Below are positions 11,838 to 24,129 of a DNA stretch of 64,000 nucleotides, one piece after another. The stretch is from Eledone cirrhosa. Its lineage: Eukaryota. The stretch covers positions 48,236,001-48,300,000 of the forward strand of contig OZ024748.1 of assembly GCA_964016885.1 (NCBI GenBank). Direction: 5' to 3'. The translations under genes and the position numbers were made by a program. The notes under the pieces were generated by a model. It did no database searches, was not told where the DNA came from, and worked only from the letters and a program-made list of their open reading frames with translations. Every line of letters starts with the position of its first letter. Positions within the stretch are counted from its first letter, which is position 1.

Positions 11838-12625
11838 ATATAAGACGTATCAAAAAATTTCAGGACTAGTTTTGTAGTGTGCCAATAGATGGCAGTACAA
11901 GATTGTGCATGCAGTGATAGTTAGCTGTAACTGTCATAAGTCAGTGTACCAAGTGACATCATTGTGTTTACATCGTGAGTTGTTAAATTGGTGTATTTCT
12001 GATCAAGTCTTTCTGCAAGTCTGTGATTACATCATGGTCATCAAGTTGGAATAAAGAACCAAAGTTAACTTTTGCGTTAATCTTGGAAAATCAGCCACAT
12101 TAAACATGCTTGAGACAATGTAATGGAAGAGTCCATTATCTTCATGACCGAAGAAGTCAAGACAGAGCCGCAGTTCAATCAAGAGCATGCTCGTCGTCTT
12201 TTATGACATCTGTGGCATTAATCATCAAAAATTTGTCCCCCAGGGCCAGACCATCAAAATGAATTCCACTGCAAAGTTCTGAGGCATTTGAAGGAAAACA
12301 TTCAGTGAAAGCAGCCAGATCTGTGGCACGTGAAGAACTGGATTCTCCACGACGACAATGTACCCTGTTACCGAGCACACATCATCCATGAGTTTATCAC
12401 CAAGCACAACATGCCATCACTTCCACACAGGCCCTACTCACCAGGTTTAGCTCCTGCGGGTTTCTTCCTTTTCCCACCAAAGACAAAAATCATGCTCAAA
12501 GGTTACCATTGCCGAGATCCAGCATGAATCAAAGACGATTCTCAACAAGCTTAAAAAAGATGACTTCAAAGATGACGAAGATGACTTTAAAAAAGATGAC
12601 GAAGGGCTAAAGCCTAACACATCAA
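11838..12625 (+). mobile_element. Decayed, internally deleted mariner transposon
   Basis: WILHDDNVP...LPHRPYSPGLAPAGFFLFP matches mariner HDNA / HPPYSPDLAPxDF motifs; TIR-like start gtatcaaaaaatttcaggact. Confidence 0.85.
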
Positions 12626-12845
12626 ATTTTCTTTCCCCTTTTCCATTTCCATATAAAGCATGAAACTAATAAGACTTTGTACCTCTGTTTGTTGTTCCTT
12701 TGAACCCATCTTTTTTCATTCGGTGAGTTTATATGCCTCGTTATTATTGGACAATTTTTTAGTTAAAGTTACAACGAAATCCTCTAATACAATTTTCAAA
12801 TTCTACTCAACCTATTCTAAGCATATGTTCTATATATATATACAT

Positions 12846-13380
12846 GTCGGGTTACTCTTGAGTGCTACTGGTAACATGTAACCCAGTACAACCTGTCGCA
12901 TGGTTGGGTCATCGGCAACTAAACCTGCAGCCCCACCAAGTTTACTTGTCGAGAAGGGTAATTTTGGACACTCTGCAGGACAAAAAACAAAACCTGACAA
13001 AGAGCGGAAGAACTCATAAGAGTCAATGGCCATCCGAAAGTGTGTAAATATGTATATACACATGTACCGCGAGGTTAAACCACTGGGAGTGAAGGACCCC
13101 TAGCCTTTGTCAGGGCATTCTTCTAGGAGAAGGCAACTCAGGAAAGTGGGATGACTCCGATATAAAACCTGCGGCTCAGTAGTTACCGATGATGTTGATC
13201 TTTTCTTCTTTTTGGGTTATAGCTACTGTCTCTCAGAGAGTGGGATTGGCTCAGTGCACAGTCTTTCCTCACTTTAAAAAATATCTTCATGCACAGGCAT
13301 TGCACGATAAAATTAATTAATAATTATTAATAATGGTATATCGTGCAATGGCCAACTCGATAACGAGGGGGCAGCCATCA
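12846..13380 (+). mobile_element. Bipartite non-autonomous RTE-derived element, copy 1
   Basis: Homologous to 32359-32967(-); RTE 5'UTR-like motif ctaggagaagg.aactc..tataaaacc; 3' stem-loop ctcgataacgag then gcagccatca; flanked by TA repeats. Confidence 0.65.
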
Positions 13381-13442
13381 TATATATATATGAAATCTTA
13401 TAAAATATTGGTGATATCTAAATTAATATTGGTGATATCTAA

Positions 13443-13507
13443 TTTAATTTATGCTATTGACCTCTCAAATGACCAGGTCATTTGAGAGGTCAATAGCATA
13501 AATTAAA
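13443..13507. repeat. Perfect palindrome, 32-bp arms with 1-nt spacer
   Basis: tttaatttatgctattgacctctcaaatgacc-a-ggtcatttgagaggtcaatagcataaattaaa. Confidence 0.95.
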
Positions 13508-15209
13508 CACTGACTTAGTCTGTGATGGACCATCCAACATTTGTTAGCAGAGAAAACAGATATTAAATGATGATATACGTGAGTGGATACACCTCTGAGC
13601 ACCATTATACTTATGTTGTCCATAATATTAATATGCTTGTTCTGTAAACACTTTTCTAAACCAACACACTAATTATACCTTGATCATTAATTCATTACAT
13701 AATATAATTATAATTTCACATGCTGTAACTGAGGGCAAAAATTTAACTGGCTACTTTAAGGAAAAACACCTCCAAATTCAATGACACCTCTTCCCAGTTG
13801 TTTGTTTGCCATGTCAAATTTTTATAACTACCAACAAAATATGATGCCAGCTACTCCGGTTCTCCATTTTTATTTGAATTTTTAACCTGACTAATATAAT
13901 TATATGTTTCCTACATATTTTATAACTTTTCAAACAAAATCTTACTGTGGCCTCTGAACTAATTTTGCTTTTTCTATGTATATTATTTAACCAACAACGA
14001 ATATTTCTCTAATTATAACAAGTAATAACAATATTATTAATAATGATGAAGTAATGCCTTTTACCACAGTCTCTTGGCACATTAAAACCATTTCAGGTAC
14101 AGTCTTTGTTAAGTGCTTGCCAATGTCTTTCATTTGATATCCATACTAATAATTTGAATTTGGTTAAACTGTATCCCTTTTAGTAATTTCCTGATGATAT
14201 GCAGATGTTATATGTATTATGTTCTGTGTAAATAATTGCTAATTAACTGTTTCGAATTACCTTATTTGCATATACGTGTACCATTGTCACCTCTAAAGAA
14301 ATGTACATAGAAATTAAAGAATGGATTTATGTTGTTAACCTTGGTTTTTCTTTGTTTTAAATATGTGTGTGTGCGTTATGAAGGGTACAGTTAGACGAGA
14401 AAAACATCAAAGTGCTCCACTGCTCCATATCCACTCTCCAAAATTCTATAGAACATAACATACATTACCATATATATACACACACACGCACTCACATATA
14501 AACAGATTAGAGAAGGTCATATGTTCAAATCATGTAAAAAGAAAAGGAAAAAGTTAAAAGAAAGTGTTAAAATGGTACAAACAAAAAAAATATTAAAATA
14601 TTTAAAGAATCAAAATCAAACTGATCTTAACATGTGACTGATAAAAAAATAGAATAAAAAAATTTAATTCTGAGATGAAAGCGACAAACTAGACTTCTTA
14701 TAACATAAATTTGGAAAATCTTGTGTTAAGAAAGATGAAAAAATATAAATGCATTGATGAATATATCATCATAGTAGTGTTGTGTTGTGCAATATTCATT
14801 TTGTTATTCTGCCAAACCAAAAGAATAGAACTTGAATAAAAACAATAACATTTTCCACCTTAAAAAAAAACAAAAAAACTTCAAGCCATTAACATTCTTT
14901 TGACTTTGTGGTTACTCTTATAAACTTTTGCTATATTAAACTATAAAACAAGAGAATATATATATGTGTATATTTGTGTATGTGTGTGTGTTATAAGAGC
15001 ACATGAGAAAATCTATCTATAATGTACACACACACACACTTCTGTATATATACATTTATATACACACACATATACATATATATCTTTACACACACACACA
15101 AATATATATACTATTCATTTGTAAAACATACATTGAAAAATTTTAAATCTAAATGTATTTTAACTATTTCTTTTCCTTTATATATATATATATATACACA
15201 CAATATAGA

Positions 15210-15288
15210 TACAGTGTCCCAAAAAATGTATACACACTTTGATTAGAATGCTGTTGAAGTGTGTGTACATTTTTGGGGACACCCTGTA
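15210..15288. mobile_element. Tc1/mariner-type mini-MITE
   Basis: TA|CAG.tgtcccaaaaaatgtatacacactt ... aagtgtgtgtacatttttggggacaccCTG|TA. Confidence 0.75.
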
Positions 15289-15608
15289 TATATCATATAT
15301 ATATATATATTTTGATTTTTGTTTTATTTTTCATATTTTGATTTTTTTTCATTTTTCAACCTCAAAATTTTAGTTCTGAATATAAAGTTTTGCTGTTTTT
15401 TTCTATTTTACACAAAAAAAAATGTTTTTTTTTTTCGAAATGCCAACAAACTTTCGAGAGAATTCCTTGATGGCAGAATGAGTTAACAAATAGAAATATA
15501 AAAACATGTATTATAGGAAGAAATTCCATTCAATTCTTGCTTTCAACACTTTTAAGAGAAAGCAGCAAATGGAGATAACAAGAATCCACTATCAAATAAA
15601 GTATATAT

Positions 15609-15690
<82 letters not shown>

Positions 15691-15723
15691 AATATATATA
15701 TATACATATATATACACACACAC

Positions 15724-15772
<49 letters not shown>

Positions 15773-15799
15773 CACACACACACACACAAATATATATAT

Positions 15800-16060
15800 A
15801 GGAGACTGAGGTGGTCTGGACATGTGATGCGCATGGAGGATGACCGATGGGTGAAGAAGTGCCAGGAAATGCCAGTTGAAGGAAGACCACGAAAAACATG
15901 GGCGGAGGTGGTGAGAACAGACCTCAGATCATTGAAGCTCACGGTGGAGATGACGAGGGACCGTGACGAGTGGAGAGATGCTGTGCTGAATAAGACCCGT
16001 CCCACCCTTGCAAGCAGGGAAAAGCGGACGTAAAATGATGATGATGATGATGATGATGAT
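15800..16060 (+). mobile_element. RTE LINE 3' end (short-3'UTR subfamily) with (GAT)n tail
   Basis: [12 protein letters not shown]...GRPRKTW...[11 protein letters not shown]...*; tail follows the stop almost immediately. Confidence 0.9.
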
Positions 16061-16075
16061 ACACACACACAAATA

Positions 16076-16913
16076 TCTGTATATATATAAAATTAAGTAT
16101 GTGTGTGTGTGTCTGTGTATTACCTATAGGGGCCTACATCTTACGACTGATTTTCATGAAACTTTACAGGCTCATAGATTAGTCATCGGGGGAGTGTTTT
16201 CTATATATCAGCGTATCGTTTTTTTTTATTCTGGGGTCATTCTGCAGATAATTATCGATAGGAGATCACCTTTTATTAGGTATCGAAAAATAAGATTTTT
16301 GGCTCTAGCTCCCACATTTTGCCACCGATTTCGTTCAAATTTTAAAGCAAAATAAAATTTATCATTGCACATCCTGTAAGCGCTTCATATTTTGCATTTG
16401 TTGTTCAGGGACGGCGTGGCAGCCGCTTAAATATTCAAAAATACCACCTTTTCGCTCAAATTTCCGCCTTTTCAGCTCTAGCTCCCACATTTTTCAACCA
16501 ATTTCGTTCAAATTCGAAACTTCAGCTCTACCTCACACATAAATCAATTTGTTTGGTTCAAATTTTATACTACGATAGAACCTATCATTGCACATCTTAT
16601 AGATGGTTAATGGCAAAACGATGGCTACTGACGTCATCTGAGCTTTTAGTTGTGTATTTGAGAATTCATCTGTTTCCAATCAAGTAGCATGAGGAAATTT
16701 GGCTTAGTGTTAGAGGTCATTACCTCCATCCCCCAGCATGCCCCTTCATCAGTCACCCGCGTTTCTCAGTGTTAGAGGTCATCACCACCCTCCTCCGCAT
16801 GGCCTGTGTGTGAATATAGATGAGTCATCGAGAAGCAGTCGCTAAGATCAACACCTTTTCATCAAATCAGATATTATTTTACCTACCCAGGCAACGCTGG
16901 GTACTGCTGCTAG
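16076..16913 (+). mobile_element. Non-autonomous Helitron
   Basis: 5' A|TC start (tctgtatatatataaaa), 3' hairpin tacccag-gcaacg-ctgggta at 16884-16903, then CTAG|T end; internal direct repeats. Confidence 0.8.
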
Positions 16914-16994
16914 TATATATATATATATACACACACATATATATATATACACACACACACACACATATATATATACACACACACACATATATAT

Positions 16995-17033
<39 letters not shown>

Positions 17034-17036
<3 letters not shown>

Positions 17037-17330
17037 TCATCATCATTTTACATTCGCTTTTCCCTGCTTGCAAGGGTTGGACGAGTCCTATTCAGCACAG
17101 CATCTCTCCACATGTCATGGTCCTTCGTCATCTCCTCCGTGAGCTTCAGCGATCTGAGGTCTGCTCTTACCACCTCCGCCTGTTTTTCATGGTCTACCTG
17201 TACTACATCTTCCTTCTACTGGGATTTCTTGGCACATCTTTACCCAGCGGTCATCCTCCATGCGCATCACATGTCCATACCATTCCAGCCTTCTCTCCTG
17301 CACACCACAACTTATCCCTCCTATACCCAG
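17034..17330 (-). mobile_element. RTE LINE 3' end (short-3'UTR subfamily)
   Basis: Inverted homolog of 15800-16060. Confidence 0.9.
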
Positions 17331-17364
17331 TATATACACACACACACACATATATATATATATC

Positions 17365-17579
17365 AGGAACGATCGACTTTCGTCAAATCGGACCGAGGAA
17401 ACAATGCTTCCATTGGTCTTTCCAATTGCTAATACTATCTATCGGTCGCAACTCCAGGTAGAAGGAGCAACGTGAAATAAAGTGTCTTGCTCAAGGACAT
17501 AACGCATCGCCCGGTCCGGGGATCGAACTCACCATCTCACGATTGTGAATCCAATTCTCTAACCACTCAGCCACACGCC

Positions 17580-17582
<3 letters not shown>
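17365..17582 (-). mobile_element. SINE family B, young copy
   Basis: Near-identical to 34562-34778; A and B boxes on the minus strand. Confidence 0.9.
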
Positions 17583-17621
<39 letters not shown>

Positions 17622-17766
17622 AAAGAATAGAGGTGTAACACACAAGTTATTATATATTGGTAAACGGAATAGAAAATGCTGACAAATTGTTCACAGTTGA
17701 AAAATGGTTTAATTAGGAATAAAAGAGTATTAGTGATTGTATGGGTTAGTATTCAGTTGTGGTTTA

Positions 17767-17839
<73 letters not shown>

Positions 17840-17885
17840 GTATATATATGTGTAAAATTGCAAACTCGACTGTCACCACATATCA

Positions 17886-17924
17886 TGAACCTGAAGATTG
17901 CGAAAGCATGAAAGTACTTGTTCA
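17886..17924 (+). ncRNA. Minimal type I hammerhead ribozyme, family 3 (complete core)
   Basis: tgaac CTGAAGA t-tgc-gaaa-gca-t GAAA gtac tt gttca: 5-bp stem I, GNRA-capped stem II, palindromic AGTACT stem III. Confidence 0.75.
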
Positions 17925-18038
17925 ATTAACACTTAGAATTTAATATTCTATCATACTATTTCATTATAATACCATTATATATATTTTAAAGGATTGTAAA
18001 TAAAACGAGTAAATCAGACAAAGTTGGAATTCCTCTTA

Positions 18039-18093
<55 letters not shown>

Positions 18094-18094
18094 T

Positions 18095-18610
<516 letters not shown>

Positions 18611-18677
18611 GTGTGTGTATATATATATATGTATGTATGTGTGTGTGTGTGTATATATATATATATACATATATATA

Positions 18678-18841
18678 TGTAAATGTGGTTGGTGTTAGGA
18701 AGGGCATCCAGCTGTAGAAAACCTGCCAGATAGTCCTATATGAGCGAGACACGGTCACCCGACCAACCTTGCCTCAAGTGGGACAACTCCTGTCTAACCC
18801 ATGCTAGCGTGGAAGATGGATGTTAAATGAAGATGATGATG

Positions 18842-18843
<2 letters not shown>
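18678..18843 (+). mobile_element. RTE-type 3'UTR / SINE tail
   Basis: Homolog of 7651-7820. Confidence 0.8.
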
Positions 18844-18874
<31 letters not shown>

Positions 18875-19447
18875 TGTAGTTAGATACATAGATTGATAGA
18901 GAAATACTGTATGAATACAGTGTGTGTGTGTGTGTGTGTTTGTATGTATTTTATGCGGTGTAGGTGATGACGTATGTATGTGTGTAGTTATAAGTGGTTC
19001 TTATTTACACAATGGTACAAAATCCTTGATGCTCACGTTTGTTAATTATCTGAATAAATAAATCTATAATCTTTGTAGCTGGCAGCAGTTAATCTTCAGA
19101 ATAAAATAGAGACTGCAAAAGTTTTGCATAACAAAGGGAGATAATTGAATTAATGGCACTTAACTCTGAATACACCAGACAGAAAGATGGCTGAATCAAT
19201 CAACTCTAGTAGTGTTGTTGTTGCTGCTATTGTTGTTATTGTTTAACTCCAAGTTAGTCCCTGATCCAGTGGATATATGATCAAAGGCATTCCCAGCCAT
19301 GGACATCCCAGCTTTTATTCTGACATAATGTATCTAGGAACACTTTATACAATGACCCCACACTTAACACTGTTGATACTAAATTGCCTGGAACTTCCCT
19401 TCCTTTTACAATGCTAAGCTATTTGTTGTTTGTTTTAAAGTGTTTAC

Positions 19448-20525
19448 CATCATCATCCACTTTTTACATCCACTTTTCATTGCTTGCAAGGATGGGATGG
19501 GTCCTCTTCAGCACAGTATCTCTCCATTTGTCACGGTCCTTCATTATCTTCTCTTATCGGTAGAGGGTCAGACGCCATGCTTCCAGCATAGTTACGTCCC
19601 TTTACGATCTGAGTTCAAATCCCGCCGAGGTTGACTTTACCTTTCATCCTTACGGGGTCGATAAAATAAAGTACCAGTAATGCACTGGATAATTGCTGGC
19701 CTTGTGCCTAAAGTAGAAACAATTATCTTCTCTGTGAGCCTCAGCGATCTGAGGTCAGCTCTCACCACTTTCGCCCATGTTTTTCGTGGTCTTCGTCTAC
19801 TGCATTTTCTTTCTACCAGAATTTCTTGGCACTTCTTCACCCAGCAGACATCTTCCATGCGCATCACATGGCCATACCAATGCAGTGTTCTCTCCTTCAC
19901 ACTACATTTTATTCCTTTTAGACAGTTTCCCTCTTAACTCGTTTATGCTTGGTCATTCACCTACATTGTCATTGCACATCCATCGGAGCATGCTTGCTTC
20001 ATTTCTCTTCAGCTGTCGCACATCCTCCGCAGTTGCTGCTCATGTCTCACTACCATGCAGCATCGCACATTTCACACAGGCATCATACAACTGACCTTTC
20101 GTTCATAGGAAGAAACCCTTCGTCATCAACAGAGGAAGCAGCTCCCTAAACTTCTTCCAGCCCATCCTTATTCTTGATACTATGGCCTCGGAGCATCCTC
20201 CTCCCTTGTTAATTTGATCACCTAGATACCGGAAGCTATCAACTACCTCTATAGATCCTACCTGTGTTTGAGAAATGTGCCTATCACTGATACTTCTACT
20301 TTATATGAAGTTTTCCTTTCCTGTTAGTTTGCCTGCTATCCCACTACACTTCTTGCGTACCCAAGATCTGTATTGTGTACATTCTATAGAGTTTATGCCA
20401 ACTCCTTTTCTACATATCGAGCATGGCCATTTCCCTGATGGAATCAGAGTCTTGTCCTCTTTCCTACTTATCAATACTTTAGTCTTTGTTAGGTTCACTC
20501 TCAGTCTCCTTGATTCCAACTGCTG
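19448..20525 (-). mobile_element. RTE LINE 3' portion, SINE-interrupted
   Basis: LRVNLTKTKVL...WPCSICRKGVGINSIECTQ; LHWYGHVMRM...RPRKTW; (GAT) tail at the left end. Confidence 0.9.
19555..19721 (+). mobile_element. SINE family A, 5'-truncated, with TSD
   Basis: TSD attatcttctct at 19543-19554 and 19722-19733. Confidence 0.9.
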
Positions 20526-20608
20526 TGTTTATATTTATTTAAAAACCTTTTATCATAATTTTATGTAAGAGCCTTTGTTAAGTTATGTTCCAAACATCAG
20601 ATTAATAA

Positions 20609-20801
20609 GGATTTCTGATTTAGGCACATGGCCAACATCTTTGTGGTGTGGAGAATCGGTTAAATTAACCCCAGTGCATTACTGGGTCTTTATTTTTTCA
20701 ACCCCAGAAAGATGACAGACAAAGCTAACTTTGGCAGGATTTTACTAAACACTACAAAGCCGTTTGTCAGGAGCGCTCATGATTCTACCAATCCACAGCC
20801 C
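20609..20801 (-). mobile_element. SINE family A, older copy
   Basis: Diverged TSD aaacatcagattaataa / aaacaccagataaataa. Confidence 0.75.
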
Positions 20802-20824
20802 CAAAACACCAGATAAATAATGAG

Positions 20825-21355
20825 AAGTGGAACTTAATTCATTCTTGAAGGCCATTCATCACCCAAAATGTTTGTAAACCGAAACCATTTTTCCTATAGG
20901 AAATGTTAAGAGAGAAATAATTGTTTCTACTTTTGGCACAAGGCCAGCAATTACCCAGTGCATTACTGGTACTTTATTTTATCGACCCTGTAAGGATGAA
21001 AGGCAAAGTCAACCTCGGCGGGATTTGAACTCGGATCATAAAGGGACGTAACTATGCTGGAAAGCATGGCGTCCGACCCTCTCCCGATACTGCCAATCCA
21101 CCGCCCTAAGAGAGAAATAATGTGAGAGGGAGAGACTGTAAAAAAAAACAGATAGATATCACCAGATAGCATCACTACACAGCAAGTGATGCTTTCCCGC
21201 TGATACTCCAAGTTTGTTGCCAACTGTTGTTGCTGGCTTGCGTGTTTCTTACTCGAGTCACCGTATATGAATTGAGATGCTTTAAGTTTGGAAAAATTGT
21301 TCATGAACCGATTTGTCCATGATGAGAGGCATTGGTGAGCTAAGGTTCCACTCTA
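20825..21355. mobile_element. Tigger/pogo-like non-autonomous element
   Basis: Termini agtggaact... / ...aggttccactcta; internal gtaaaccgaa..tttcctataggaaat typical of such MITEs (recall). Confidence 0.45.
20922..21106 (-). mobile_element. SINE family A, full length with TSD
   Basis: TSD taagagagaaataat at 20907-20921 and 21107-21121. Confidence 0.92.
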
Positions 21356-24129
21356 TTACTAAGTCACATCCTCGCCAAATTCTTGATTATTTTTCAAAAT
21401 TATTAGAAAATCAGAAGCAGTGTCTTTTATTAGAAATATGATGAAAGGGTTAAATGTTAGCGTATATGTTTATAATTATCACCAGATATTTTATTTAGAA
21501 GTTCAGTTTTGTTGTATGAATTGATTTCCAGAAGACTAGAAGAAAGTCTAAGAAGAAGAAAAAATAAAATAAACTTTGTTATTTGAAGTAAAAACAACAA
21601 AAAACACAAATACAGCAACTAAGAAATGATATGATGACATTTTCTTTCAATTGTTAGAAAATTGAATATCAATTTATCAAAGTAAATTACATTTAAAATG
21701 ATAAATTAAAGGTAAAATAGGCTAGCAAGTAAATAAAGAAGAAAAACTCAAACATCTTTAACATTGAAATCAATATCTATCAATGCTAATTGATCTTTAA
21801 TTGAGATAAAGTATATTTTATATCTGAGTAAAGTTTTGGTAGGAGCTAAATCTATATTCCTGTCTTTTTTATTGTTTTTTTTTTTTAATAAATTCTTGGT
21901 AAAATTTTAACTTTTGATGTTTTTTTCTTCTTTGATGTTGGTGATACTGTTTTAATGGTTAGTTAAAACTATCAGAGGATGACAAGCCAAGACCTATATG
22001 AGGCAGATTTGTGACAACATAAACTGCAATCTCCCTGACTTGCTGAACAATAGAATATGATGAACAATAGAATTGGGTGGTGGCAGAGAGTTAAGGGAAT
22101 CCATGCAAGCTGTGAGATCTATTGATTAAAGATGTTTGTCTTGAGACTAGAGGCTCATCAAGTCAGAGCTTATACTGGTTTCACCAATGAGTGTTCAAGT
22201 AGTTTAATCAGGACAGCCAGGTGTGGTCCATCCATGGGGCCCCAGAACAGTTTCTATTCACCCAATTTCACTCATAAGACATGAGTTGACCCAAGCCTAT
22301 GATAAATGTCACTTTCCTAAGATGCCATACAGTGGGGTTGAACCTGGGACCTAATGATTGTGACATAAACCTCTTAACCAATGCTGTGAGCCTTTTATTA
22401 GAGTAAGGTATACTGAGATCTAATGATGTCTTAGCAGTGGTTTATTAATCTTAGTTATCACATAACAAATTAACTATTTCATCTAATCATCATCATCCTT
22501 TTCAGCTATTATCTACTCCACCACCACTCTCATCAGCTCTACACATGATGACAGCTCTGGGATCACTGACCTAGGATGGTCAAAAAGAACACTCACCCTG
22601 CAAGAGAAAGGCCACCCTAAGCTGTTCCTATCTTGTGCCACTCTCATCCATAGTGTAATGTTTATAAACTTAGTCACTCTCTCCATCTAACCCTCTGTCT
22701 TCCTTCACCATGTAAATTTACTTTATTATGTACAATTGGAGACAGGTAAGAACAACAAAACAGAACAAAACAAAAACAAAACAAAACAAAAAAGCGACAA
22801 AATAAAACCCAAAACAAGTCAACTGATGTGACTGGAAACACAGTTGGAATAGCAGAAACATATAATAGTAGATATGAAAAGATGGGATGTGTGAAGAAAG
22901 GGACACAGGAGGATGCTAGAGAGAATATATCAATTTTACAATTTTATAAAGGCCACGACCTAACAACGCTGCTGGTAATGTGGATGATGATGATGATGAA
23001 GATGGTGGTGACGACGACGATGATGATGATAGTGATAATGGTGGTGGTAATGATGATGACTTGAAGAGATGCAACAAATAGTAAGGCAGTCATCTGTGTA
23101 ACCTGTAATGTAGTTACCTGGTAAACCACAGATAGATGGTTTCAGTGAGGCCCCTTGTCAATAGAGTTTCTTCTGTTTCAAACTATTGTTTATCATGTCT
23201 AACTACAAATATTTCTGAAAAACAACCCCACAATATAAATCAGATTATCTATGAATATGTAAACATCTAAAGGTTATTGTAAGAATATCACTGGTCAACA
23301 GAATTAATTATTCAGCCGAAAATCCCGATCAAACTTTATCTTCCGATAGAAACTTTTTATTGAAGCAAAGCAAATGTCGCCCGTTAATTTTATAATAGTT
23401 GCACTCTGCTTTTGTTCACTGTTGTGTGGGTTCGTTAGTACACCTGCAGCACAACAACCAAGGGAAAAGATAATCCACATCTTCCCTCCACGCACACTTC
23501 TACATCCCATAGACTCGCAGCAAAGAACTAAAAGTGTTCCAGAAGTGAAGAGAAGTCTTCTATGTATTGGATCATAATGTGTAACAGGCAGCAAAGGGCT
23601 TCATGGATCAATGTACTTTCTTTGTGTGTGTATGTATGTGATAATGATAGCGTTGATTGTGGAAGTATGTGTGTGCGCATTTCGGTGTGTGGTAGCATTG
23701 GTGGTGATGATGATGTGTGTATGTGTGTGTATCTGTGCATACATGTTCATATATATATATATGTATGTATGAATGTACGTATAGTATATTTAATAATATA
23801 CTGTATGTTTATTTTAAAACATTTTGAAGGCCATTCGCTATGAATTTTAAAGTAGCGACTAACGTCACATACTTAGTCTTGGCAAAAGCAAAGGGGAGTA
23901 GTCAACGGTTACTGTTTCTCACTTGTAAGTGGTTGTCAAGACTACATACCCCTTCGCTTCTGCCGAGAGTTATAGAAGCTGGATTCTTATAGAATTCCAG
24001 TTATGTTTATGAGCTGTTTAAACTCATTAACATACAGAGCGGTTGCCAGCCCAAGTGAGTTTAAACAGCCTGTAAACATAACTGGAATTCTATGAGAATC
24101 CAGCAGCAATACTAATTTCTATTTTTTGC

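Larger units (their letters stand above)
20527..21453. mobile_element. Second TTAA-CCC MITE family, split by nested insertions
   Basis: Ends gaaagggTTAA at ~21453; pieces homologous to 11467-11640 and, inverted, to 26979-27450. Confidence 0.55.
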
